Shown here piece by piece: positions 1 through 12,113 of a DNA stretch of 64,000 nucleotides. The notes beneath the pieces are model-generated. The model was not told the origin of the DNA. It was given only the letters and a program-made list of their open reading frames with translations, and searched no databases. Both the position numbers and the translations under genes were made by a program. Each line of letters starts with the position of its first letter. The stretch's first letter is position 1. Source of the DNA: Bacteroidaceae bacterium. GTDB taxonomy: Bacteria > Bacteroidota > Bacteroidia > Bacteroidales > Bacteroidaceae. The DNA lies in assembly GCA_017469685.1 (NCBI GenBank), contig JAFUFW010000055.1:40044-104043 (forward strand). Reading direction: 5' to 3'.

Positions 1-2
1 GG

Positions 3-647
3 GGATACAAGGACGTGGAGGTAAAAGCCTCACGAAGGAACATTTTCCAGAATGTTCGCTACAACCTCAACGCCCAGGAGCAGAAAGAGCGCACTTACAA
101 CTCCGACTTTGAAGTCAAGAGTTTCAATAGCGAGACGAGCGCCCTGGCCAACGACAGCGCTTTGGGCAAGGTAAGCAAGAACACGTTCATGACCTTCTCA
201 CGCTCTACGGGCACACCAATCGCAGAGTTCATACTTAAGGACGATGAGCAGGACCGCCAGATTCGCAGCAATATACCTTACGACATCTACATCGTCATGG
301 TTCCCGATTTCTATCGCGCCGACCCAGACTCTATCGTTGCCATGGTCCCCGGTGAGACGCCATTCAAGAAGAACAAACTTCAGGTGCAGGTGAACCGCCT
401 CACCGAGGATGGTAAGGAGCAACTCACTGGCGCCAACGACATGCGATTCGACTACGATGGTGAGAAAGTCGACACTGTCTATGCAGGCAGCATCACCTTC
501 CCCTATTCATATCGCAATCTCGTGAAGAGCTACCCCACTCTCACTATCAAGTCGCAGACTATCAGCAATGCCCAGATGAGAGACGGCTACCAACGTACAT
601 TCTCTATCGATCGCATCATTCTGCGCGCTCGCAGTAAGAACGAATAA
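3..647 (+). CDS. hypothetical protein, 5' end outside the window
   Basis: The frame is open back to nt 3 (GYKD precedes the GTG at 15). Stop TAA is at 645-647, 2 nt before the SusC-like start. I recognise no family by eye. Confidence 0.5.
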   Translation, partial: GYKDVEVKASRRNIFQNVRYNLNAQEQKERTYNSDFEVKSFNSETSALANDSALGKVSKNTFMTFSRSTGTPIAEFILKDDEQDRQIRSNIPYDIYIVMVPDFYRADPDSIVAMVPGETPFKKNKLQVQVNRLTEDGKEQLTGANDMRFDYDGEKVDTVYAGSITFPYSYRNLVKSYPTLTIKSQTISNAQMRDGYQRTFSIDRIILRARSKNE

Positions 648-649
648 CA

Positions 650-3600
650 ATGTTTACCCTCAACAAATCTGAAATCATGAGTATGAGATTCTATCAATCT
701 AACCTCCATAAGGCATTCTGCCGTGCACTTTGCCTGATGCTCGTTTCTGGGGCAAGCATTGTTCCAGCCGCAGCTCAGGACGAAGTCGACATGGACGCTA
801 TCAATGAGGCCGACAGCATATCTCTTGTCAAGCGCCGCTTAGCAAAGAAGCCCGAGAAACAATATGAAATGAAGCACGTGGCAGGCACCATCACCGACGG
901 TGCCACGGGCGCCCCTATGGGTGGCGTTCGTATCCAGGCCCTTCAGTTGCCCAAGTACTCTACTCTTACCGAAGAGGACGGCACCTACAGCATTGACGTA
1001 CCCGTGTTCTGCCACACCCTTCTCATTGATGCTCCCGAGTATAACCTGCTACAGCTGGCCATTAAAGGTGAGAGCGGGCAGGATGCCCGCCTGCTCACCA
1101 GCAAGCTGTCAGGCTTCTACACTGACGGCACATCGATTATCTCCCAGCGTAAAGTTCTTCTCGACGAGACGAGCTCTCTGAACGTCGAGACCGACATCCA
1201 GAACCTTTTTGCTGCCGATGTCCACTCCACCAGCCGTAGCGCCCTGCTCGGCCAAGGAGCTTACATGAGCATCCGCGGTGTCAACTCCCTAAATGCTAAT
1301 GCTCAGCCGCTCTTCATCATCGACGGCAATATGGTCGACCTTCAGGAAGAGCGCACCAGCCTCCATCAGGGATTCTTCAACAACATCCTTGCAGGCCTCG
1401 ATCCTGAGACCGTGGAGAGCATTCAGGTGATAAAGAACGGAACGGCGCTCTACGGAGCCAAAGGCGCCAACGGCGTTGTCATCATCAACACCAAGCGCGG
1501 CCACAGCATGGCCACAAAGATTAATGTACGCGTGTACGGAGGTGTGGAGCTTGCTCCCAACCGCCTATCCATGATGGATGGTGCCGCTTATCGCAACTAT
1601 CTCAGTGAGCTCTCAGGCACAATCAAGGACGTACGCGAATCCACAAACGGCGACCTCAGTCGGTATGCCTTTCTCAATGAGGCTCCCGAGAGCAGTAACT
1701 ACTACCGCAGCGTCTTCCACAACAACACCGACTGGCAGAAGGATCTCTACCGGACAGCCTTCACTCAGAACTACAAGGTCAGCGTTGAAGGTGGTGACGA
1801 CATCGGTATGTACGACCTGTCGCTCGGCTATACCAAGGGCGACGCCACTCTCAAAGGCAACGACTTCAGCCGTCTGAACCTCCGTTTCAACACCGACATC
1901 AAGGTATTCGAGAAGGTCTCTACCGGACTGGACATCGCTTACAACCAAACCAGCTACAATGTTCTCGACAACGGCTGGAGCAGCGAGTATGAGATGCAGA
2001 ATATCGGCTCTCCCAATGTGCTGGGCTTGCTGCAGGCTTCTTTCCTCTCGCCCTATGCCTATTATCACGATGAGCGTACCGGCCGCCTTGAGCTATCTCA
2101 TGACTATGCAGGCAAGTACGCATCGACGGCCGTTGTAGGTCAGTGGGTTCAGAATCCATTCGCCTTCCCCCATGGTCTGGACTACGACATCAACGAGTGT
2201 CTGCGCAACCCCTTCTGGATTATCCAGAATGGTAAGGGCAAGAACAAGAACTATGCAGAGCTGACTCAGATCAGCATCAACTTCTCTCCGAAGTATCAGA
2301 TCAACAAGCATCTGGCTATCAGCGACCGCTTCAACTACACTCTGAACCGCAACAACGAGAAGTATTTCCTGCCCATCAATGGCGCTACGCTGTACTTCCT
2401 CACCGACCTCGGCGAGATATCATCCGTGCTGAAGTCGCAGTTCACCAAGGAATCGACCATCAACAACGACCTTCGTATCGAATGGGGCAACAACTACGGA
2501 GCCCACACCGTGAATGTCTTTGGAGGCTGGCGCTACAACAACTACGGTTACAGCTACTCCTTCATGCGCGGATACAACAACGAGAACGACAAACTGCCCA
2601 ACATCTCGAAGAACATGCAGTACGTCAACTACGGCGGTACGAAGGACAACTGGATTGACATGGCTTACTACCTCAATGCCGACTACAACTACCAGAACAA
2701 GTACTTCGCTCAGTTCACAGTATCGTCGCAGGCCAGTAGCCGTTTCGGCCACGAGACTAAGGACGGTCTCCACATCGGAGGTGTCAGCTGGGGCATCTTC
2801 CCGAGCCTCCAGCTCGGATGGATCATCAGCAATGAAGGCTGGTTCGACACTACCCGCGGCATCAACTACCTGAAACTGACCGCAGGTGTAGACCAGAGCG
2901 GCAACGATGGCATCGACTACTATGCAGCCCGCACCTATTGGGAAAGCCAGCAACACACGGAGAACACCGTAGGCCTTGTGCTTAAGAACATCGAGAACAC
3001 CAGCATCCAGTGGGAAACCACGACGCGCTACAATGTTGCACTCGAAGGTTCGTTCCTCCACAACCGCCTCAATGCAGGCCTCGACCTTTTCTGGAGCAAA
3101 ACCGACAACCTGCTCACCGTCAAGGATCTCGACTACATCTCTGGTCTGGGCAAGTACTGGACCAACGATGGCCAGCTCAAGAACCGCGGCTTCGAGTTCC
3201 ATACGTCGGCCGCCCTCGTGAATCGCAAGAACGTTACTTGGGAATTAGGTGCAAGCATAGGCCACTACAACAATAAGATTACCAAGTTGCCCTCAAGCGA
3301 CGTTATGACCCTGGCCGACATTAATGGCAATGTCACCGACATCATCTACGGCCACACCTCAAGCATATACGGCAAGGACAACATACTCACAGCCGTAGGA
3401 TATGCCTCCGGCACCTTCTTTGGATGGCAGACCAACGGTGTTCTCGCCAGCGATGCCGAGGCCCGTACGGCAGGCGTCCGTGGCTACCTTAAATACCCCA
3501 CCGGTCTTAAGGAAACCCCATATCGCGACTTCCAGGCTGGTGACGTCCGCTTCGTCGATCAGAACGGCGACGGTGTCATCGATGACAATGACCGCATAGC

Positions 3601-4114
3601 CATCGGCAATCCAAACCCCGACATCTATGGTAACATCTTCACAGCCCTGACGTGGAAAGACCTGCGCCTCGATGTCAACTTCCGCTATTCCCTCGGCAAC
3701 GACGTCTTCAACTATCAGCGTTCAATCATCGAGGGTGCCAACACGACTTACAACCAGACCACAGCTGTGCAGAACCGCTGGGCCTACGAAGGACAAGTCA
3801 CCAACATGCCTAAGGCTACATATATCGACAGCGAGGACTGGCGCAACAACGAGCGTATGTCCGACCGCTGGATCGAGGATGGCAGCTATCTCAAGCTCAA
3901 GAACGTCCGCCTGACGTATCGTGTGCCCCTGCACAACGAGTACATCCAAGGCCTGCGCGTCTGGGGCGAAGCCAACAACTTGTTCACCGTCACCCGCTAC
4001 CTTGGCGTCGATCCCGAGACGAGCGCTCGCAACAGCGCCCTCTTCCAAGGCATCGACACAGGCCTGCTCTCCGTAGGACGCAGCTTCAACCTGGGTGTAT
4101 CTATCAACCTCTAA
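650..4114 (+). CDS. SusC/RagA-family TonB-dependent outer membrane transporter
   Basis: 1154-aa ORF with a carboxypeptidase-regulatory-like segment (VAGTITDGATGAPMGGVRIQAL). Plug-like region is SIRGVNSLNANAQPLFIIDG...IQVIKNGTALYGAKGANGVVIINTKRG, followed by a long barrel. A SusD-like gene follows directly. The start could be 650, 677 or 683. Confidence 0.9.
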   Translation: MFTLNKSEIMSMRFYQSNLHKAFCRALCLMLVSGASIVPAAAQDEVDMDAINEADSISLVKRRLAKKPEKQYEMKHVAGTITDGATGAPMGGVRIQALQLPKYSTLTEEDGTYSIDVPVFCHTLLIDAPEYNLLQLAIKGESGQDARLLTSKLSGFYTDGTSIISQRKVLLDETSSLNVETDIQNLFAADVHSTSRSALLGQGAYMSIRGVNSLNANAQPLFIIDGNMVDLQEERTSLHQGFFNNILAGLDPETVESIQVIKNGTALYGAKGANGVVIINTKRGHSMATKINVRVYGGVELAPNRLSMMDGAAYRNYLSELSGTIKDVRESTNGDLSRYAFLNEAPESSNYYRSVFHNNTDWQKDLYRTAFTQNYKVSVEGGDDIGMYDLSLGYTKGDATLKGNDFSRLNLRFNTDIKVFEKVSTGLDIAYNQTSYNVLDNGWSSEYEMQNIGSPNVLGLLQASFLSPYAYYHDERTGRLELSHDYAGKYASTAVVGQWVQNPFAFPHGLDYDINECLRNPFWIIQNGKGKNKNYAELTQISINFSPKYQINKHLAISDRFNYTLNRNNEKYFLPINGATLYFLTDLGEISSVLKSQFTKESTINNDLRIEWGNNYGAHTVNVFGGWRYNNYGYSYSFMRGYNNENDKLPNISKNMQYVNYGGTKDNWIDMAYYLNADYNYQNKYFAQFTVSSQASSRFGHETKDGLHIGGVSWGIFPSLQLGWIISNEGWFDTTRGINYLKLTAGVDQSGNDGIDYYAARTYWESQQHTENTVGLVLKNIENTSIQWETTTRYNVALEGSFLHNRLNAGLDLFWSKTDNLLTVKDLDYISGLGKYWTNDGQLKNRGFEFHTSAALVNRKNVTWELGASIGHYNNKITKLPSSDVMTLADINGNVTDIIYGHTSSIYGKDNILTAVGYASGTFFGWQTNGVLASDAEARTAGVRGYLKYPTGLKETPYRDFQAGDVRFVDQNGDGVIDDNDRIAIGNPNPDIYGNIFTALTWKDLRLDVNFRYSLGNDVFNYQRSIIEGANTTYNQTTAVQNRWAYEGQVTNMPKATYIDSEDWRNNERMSDRWIEDGSYLKLKNVRLTYRVPLHNEYIQGLRVWGEANNLFTVTRYLGVDPETSARNSALFQGIDTGLLSVGRSFNLGVSINL

Positions 4115-4124
4115 TCCTACCATC

Positions 4125-6383
4125 ATGATGAAAAAGAATATTATTGCAACTCTCCTCTGCGCCCTCACCCTCGGCATGGGTTTCAGTTCTTGTGAGGACA
4201 TGCTCACAGGCGATATGGACCGCCACATCGAGGTCGACGAGCTGGCTCAGGATACCCTTTACAGCTACTGGGGCATCCTTCGCAGTCTCCAGCACATTGC
4301 CGAGCGCTATGTCATACTCGGTGAAGGGCGTGGCGACTTGATTGATGGTTCGCAGTACGTCAGCGACTCCATCAGCTCAATCCTCAACTTTGGCCTCGCA
4401 GGCAACGCTACAGACGGCTCCAACCGTTTCCTCAAGGCAGCCGACTACTACCATGTCGTCAATTCGTGCAACGCTTATCTCTATCGTGCAGACACGGCCG
4501 CCGTCTCGGGCCTCAACCGCCCGCTCATGCTCAGCGAGTATGCCCAGGTTGCTACCATCCGCGCATGGGCATACATGCAGCTCGTTCTCACTTACGGGCG
4601 CGTACCTTATTTCGAGAAGCCTATGCTCTCGACGGCCGACATGGAAGAATTCCGTAGCGCCACCAAGTATGTCGATGCTAACAGCCTTGCCTCGACCGAC
4701 GCCGTTAAGCTCGTCGACAAGTTGCGCTACGTTCCCACCATCCTTGCCGGCGACAGCATCCGCGTGATAGCCTACCCCAACTACTACAACTACGGTCTTT
4801 CCAGAGTAATTGCCCACTCCTCGCAATGCATCTTCCCGCAGGACGTAGTGCTGGGCGACATCTATCTGCTCCGTGCTCAGGGCGAAGGTTCTGAGGCCGA
4901 CTACCGCCAGGCAGCCCAGTACTACTACAATTTCCTCAATTCCGAGAAGGGCGGTCCGCTTCGTCCGAACGCCTACATGGCCTTCATGGAGAAGAATATG
5001 GCCACTGAGGAATATGTTCTGGACCCTATCAACAGCAACTGGCTCAGTTTGTTCCGCTCTACGGCTCAGACCAGCAACACAGCTGAACTCGTAACCGTAA
5101 TCCCCAGCAACACCAACAAACTCTGGGGCGACGTGCTCAGAGGCATCAACGAGCTCTTCGGCTATGAGGCCAGTATCCGCGTGAGCACATCAGCCAGTGA
5201 CTCCACGACGTCGTCATCCATCTCGCTCCGTACTGAGTTCGAGCACCAGCTCGATGCCTCAAAGGCATACTTCAACCTCAATAAGAGCCAAAACTTTGAA
5301 GCTTATATCGGCCAGTTGGGAACGCAGCGATGCACTGTCCTTCAGGGTGCCGGCGATGCTCGCTACTGGATGAGCACGACCAACTACACAGACTTCGATA
5401 AGGGCGCTCAGGAGGAAGTTAACTTCGTCCAGAAGCAGAACCCCTTCGGTGCGTTCAACACCACCTACCCCGTCATCTATCGCAAAGCCAACATTTGGCT
5501 CCACTTTGCCGAGGCTCTCAACGGAGCAGGCTTCCCAGGCTACGCTTTCGCTATCCTGCGCCACGGCCTCATCGGCACAGAGCAGTGGCTACCGACGTCA
5601 GAGGAGGACTACCCCTTCGACACCTTCAAGTACTACGACCCGACCGTCGCCACACCGACAGACACCGTCTTCTATGCAAACTTAATCGACCTCTATGATA
5701 CGCTTGTTGCAGGCCTCGACACGCTTGAGACCGACGAAGAGAAGAATGCGTTCTTAGACGAACACATGGGACGCGTCGGCCTGACACGCTCTCAGAAGAC
5801 CTACGGTGGCCTCGTCGTTTGCGACTACATCAGTCGCAGCGAGATGGAGAGAGCACGCAACGCCGCATTCCTTAACTTCAACACCACGTTCCTCAGAGGG
5901 CAGACTGGTAACAACGCTATTTACCTTTATGCCGGTATTACGGAGTACGGGCTCAGCCATGGCACTATCACTGAGACATTCCCCAACGGCCCCATCAGCA
6001 TGGGCATACATGCCCGCGGTTGCGGTCCATTAGCCCTAAGTGAGACTGGCTCGACCTACAACTACGTCGACCAGATCAACAAGATGCTTGCCCTCTACGA
6101 CGGGCAGGAAGAGCCACTCACTGCCGAGGAAATCTATGACCCCGCCAATCTGCGCACCGTACAGACGGCGATCGCCGCCCTTATCCTCGACGAGCTTGGC
6201 CTCGAGACCAGTTTTGAAGGCAACCGCTTCTTCGACCTTCTCACCTACAGCCGCTTCATAGGTGGCAGCAAAGGTGTTGAGCAAGTGGCCAAGAAGATTG
6301 CAGGGCGAAGCGGCGAGCTCAACAGTTCGCTCTACAGCCACCTGCTAAATCAGGACAACTGGTACTTCAAGCTTCCGAACTAA
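4125..6383 (+). CDS. SusD/RagB-family nutrient-binding outer membrane lipoprotein (unusually long, about 752 aa)
   Basis: Lipoprotein signal MMKKNIIATLLCALTLGMGFSSC. The gene lies 10 nt after the SusC-like stop. The ORF-track start at 4095 overlaps susC, so I prefer the ATG at 4125. Confidence 0.8.
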   Translation: MMKKNIIATLLCALTLGMGFSSCEDMLTGDMDRHIEVDELAQDTLYSYWGILRSLQHIAERYVILGEGRGDLIDGSQYVSDSISSILNFGLAGNATDGSNRFLKAADYYHVVNSCNAYLYRADTAAVSGLNRPLMLSEYAQVATIRAWAYMQLVLTYGRVPYFEKPMLSTADMEEFRSATKYVDANSLASTDAVKLVDKLRYVPTILAGDSIRVIAYPNYYNYGLSRVIAHSSQCIFPQDVVLGDIYLLRAQGEGSEADYRQAAQYYYNFLNSEKGGPLRPNAYMAFMEKNMATEEYVLDPINSNWLSLFRSTAQTSNTAELVTVIPSNTNKLWGDVLRGINELFGYEASIRVSTSASDSTTSSSISLRTEFEHQLDASKAYFNLNKSQNFEAYIGQLGTQRCTVLQGAGDARYWMSTTNYTDFDKGAQEEVNFVQKQNPFGAFNTTYPVIYRKANIWLHFAEALNGAGFPGYAFAILRHGLIGTEQWLPTSEEDYPFDTFKYYDPTVATPTDTVFYANLIDLYDTLVAGLDTLETDEEKNAFLDEHMGRVGLTRSQKTYGGLVVCDYISRSEMERARNAAFLNFNTTFLRGQTGNNAIYLYAGITEYGLSHGTITETFPNGPISMGIHARGCGPLALSETGSTYNYVDQINKMLALYDGQEEPLTAEEIYDPANLRTVQTAIAALILDELGLETSFEGNRFFDLLTYSRFIGGSKGVEQVAKKIAGRSGELNSSLYSHLLNQDNWYFKLPN

Positions 6384-6409
6384 ACGTCAAATTCAACTAA
6401 ACCAGATAG

Positions 6410-6450
6410 CGCATAGGCTTGTCCTCCGGGACAGACCTATGCGTTTTTTT
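6410..6450 (+). terminator. Rho-independent terminator after the SusD-like gene
   Basis: Stem cgcatagg...cctatgcg with inner stem gtcc/ggac, followed by a run of 7 T. Confidence 0.7.
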
Positions 6451-6497
6451 ATATCTTTCTCGCTATTGGCGGAGTAGCGTCCGGGCCCGACGTTCAA

Positions 6498-6580
6498 CTT
6501 CCCAAAGGGTTATGCCCAGAACCCTCAAGGGTTTTGTCGATAACCCTTAAGGGTTTCAGCCAAAACCCTTGACCCTTTTT
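6498..6580. repeat. cluster of AACCCTnAAGGGTT palindromic repeats (REP-like)
   Basis: aaccctcaagggtt at 6520-6533, perfect palindrome aacccttaagggtt at 6542-6555, half-site aacccttgaccc from 6564, and a degenerate copy near 6501. The same unit recurs at 51086-51170. Confidence 0.7.
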
Positions 6581-6731
6581 CCGAACACCTCAGGCTACCA
6601 TCAGCGTAAGAGCAAGAAATCCGTTGGTGTGCATACAGCCTTTACTCAGTCGGGGTTCACCTCTGCACGCCATTCAATCCACCTTTTACAATTATTTTTT
6701 GATAAAGTTTTGAGTGAACCATTTTTTTGTG

Positions 6732-6739
6732 TATCTTCG
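6732..6739 (+). promoter_or_regulatory. candidate Bacteroidota -7 promoter box (TATCTTCG variant)
   Basis: The box tatcttcg lies about 39 nt upstream of the GH2 ATG. It deviates from TAnnTTTG at one position. Confidence 0.3.
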
Positions 6740-6756
6740 CACACAAATAGGACTAA

Positions 6757-9999
<3,243 letters not shown>

Positions 10000-10070
10000 C
10001 GAAAAAGCAGACCCACCCTCTCCCCGTGAGGGAGGGAGGGGTCACCTGTCAAGAATAGTTTTCACTGATA

Positions 10071-12110
10071 ATGAGCAAAACACATCTGTCAACAAAGGAA
10101 AACGCCCCCTCACTCAAAGTGAGGACTGGGGGTGAGTCTGCTTCATCTCTCATCTCGAAGGTTGGGAGAGGATTTTTATGGTGGCTTCCAGTCGTTGCCC
10201 TCATCATCGTAGCGGGCATCAGACTGACCTCACAAGAAAACGAGATGCTACTTCGGGCACAGGAGCTTAACCTTTGGCTGCCGACAGGCCTTTTTTGGAA
10301 GACTCTCATGCAGTACCCCGGCGGCGCTGCCACTTGGCTCGCCACCTACCTCACGCAGTACTTCTACCACCCTTGGCTCGGAGTGTCCATCCTCTGCATC
10401 CTGTGGCTCATCATCTGCCTCCTGTTGGCATTTGTCTATAAGCTCAAAGGGCCATGGACGATGCTCACAGCTTTAGTGCCCATGGCCCTGTTGGCCTGCA
10501 TCGTACAGACGGGCTATTGGATTTACTATCAGAAGCTTCCCGGGCATCTCTTCATTCCCACTGTAGGCATCCTTTTCGTTACCCTCTGCCTCGTCGTTCA
10601 GCGGCTCATTGACAAGTCTCTCCCTGCAAAGGCAGCCATGTGGGCACACTTCGTCTGGATGACTCTTGTGTGCATCATCGGCTACCCCTTCTTCGGAGCC
10701 TGGGCGCTGGGAGCTACAGCGCTGCTGGGAGTCAGCCCCCTCACCGCTTCCCCCGATGGAAAGGAGAAGGGCGGGCTCAAGAGCTCTTTTCCCTTGTGGG
10801 GAGTTAGATGGTGGCTTCTTATTCTTTACGCCATTCTCCTTATCACCGTCATTCCACAGCTCTATTATCAACATATATTCGGAATGACAGAGCGCACATT
10901 CGTCTACGCCGCAGCCATGCCATGCTTCCGCTACAGCAAAGACTCTTTCGAGATTTTCAGGCTGCCCTACTATGCCATAATCCTTGCTTTCACAATCCTT
11001 GCATTGGTTAGTGCAGGCGAAAGCTCTGCCTTCAACAAACGGCTGAAGGCACAAGTGAAAAGCATCATAGCGCTTTCACTCCTCTTCATCGCCATCATAG
11101 GCGTGCGTGCTTCATGGTACCACGATGTCAACTTCCAGAAAGAGCTGGCTATGAACAGGGCCATCGAAGAGCTCGATTGGGAACGCGTCCTTACCATCGC
11201 TCGCGATGGCAGCAGCGACATAAAGCCGACCCGGCAGATGGTGATGTACAAAAACCTCGCCCTCTTCCGCCTCGGGCGAGCCGGCAACGAGATGTTCAAC
11301 TACCCCGAAGGAGCCACACAGCAAAACGCGCCGTGGAAAGTGCGCATGACACAGATCGGAGCCAAACTAATCTATTACCACCACGGCAAGGAGAACTTCT
11401 GCTACCGCTGGTGTATGGAAGACGGAGTAGAGTTCGGATGGAAAGCCGAAACACTAAAATTCATGGCGCGCACAAGCCTGCTCAACAGAGAGTGGACGGT
11501 AGCACGCAAGTATCTCAACCTCCTGAAGAAGACAACGTTCCACCGAGCATGGGCCGAGCGCTACGAGAAATATCTTGCCACACCAGATGCTTTCGACCTT
11601 GAGAAACTTGAAGCCTCAGCCAAAGCTGGCAAGCCACTCCTCGACGAGCAAGGCATGAAGGAGTTTGCACCCATCCTGCACATGATGACCTATCCAGACC
11701 GCCTTGATGGCGACAATTCGCTCGTCGAGATGTACCTCATACAGACCTTCGGCAAAGGCAATGGCGACGATCCTCTCTTCCAGGAGATGACACTCATAGG
11801 AGCGCTCTACATGAAGGACATAGACCTCTTCTGGCCTCGCTTCATGAAGTATGCTACCACAAACCCCGACGTACACATGCCACGCCACTATCAGGAAGCT
11901 GCTTACCTCTACGGACATCTCGAGAACAAGGTGGACATCAGCCACATGCCCTTCGATCAAGAGGTGCGCGACACCTACGAACGCTTCATGAAATTCAACG
12001 AGCAGTGCGGCCTTATGACCGAGGAGCAGAAAGCCATCGCCTTCTATCCCCAGTTCGGCAACACCTTCTACTACTTCTACTTCCTCGTACGCAACCAAAA
12101 GACGAATTAA
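10071..12110 (+). CDS. polytopic membrane protein with a C-terminal helical soluble domain (possibly DUF6057-type)
   Basis: 679-aa ORF. The N-terminal roughly 340 aa contain many hydrophobic helices and the C-terminal roughly 330 aa are hydrophilic and helical. The stop is 3 nt before the next gene. The family name is from memory only. Confidence 0.55.
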   Translation: MSKTHLSTKENAPSLKVRTGGESASSLISKVGRGFLWWLPVVALIIVAGIRLTSQENEMLLRAQELNLWLPTGLFWKTLMQYPGGAATWLATYLTQYFYHPWLGVSILCILWLIICLLLAFVYKLKGPWTMLTALVPMALLACIVQTGYWIYYQKLPGHLFIPTVGILFVTLCLVVQRLIDKSLPAKAAMWAHFVWMTLVCIIGYPFFGAWALGATALLGVSPLTASPDGKEKGGLKSSFPLWGVRWWLLILYAILLITVIPQLYYQHIFGMTERTFVYAAAMPCFRYSKDSFEIFRLPYYAIILAFTILALVSAGESSAFNKRLKAQVKSIIALSLLFIAIIGVRASWYHDVNFQKELAMNRAIEELDWERVLTIARDGSSDIKPTRQMVMYKNLALFRLGRAGNEMFNYPEGATQQNAPWKVRMTQIGAKLIYYHHGKENFCYRWCMEDGVEFGWKAETLKFMARTSLLNREWTVARKYLNLLKKTTFHRAWAERYEKYLATPDAFDLEKLEASAKAGKPLLDEQGMKEFAPILHMMTYPDRLDGDNSLVEMYLIQTFGKGNGDDPLFQEMTLIGALYMKDIDLFWPRFMKYATTNPDVHMPRHYQEAAYLYGHLENKVDISHMPFDQEVRDTYERFMKFNEQCGLMTEEQKAIAFYPQFGNTFYYFYFLVRNQKTN

Positions 12111-12113
12111 GAC

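Noticed and set aside
10005-10140. GC-rich CCCCTC...GGGGG mini-hairpins (ccctctccccgtgagggagggagggg and cccctcactcaaagtgaggactggggg). Look-alikes occur at 16600-16650 inside the DHH gene and at 24225-24265.
   Set aside because: They are too short and too degenerate to establish a repeat family by eye. The copy inside the DHH gene is in frame and may simply be a variable linker. A genome-wide motif search might be worthwhile, but the evidence is not reportable.
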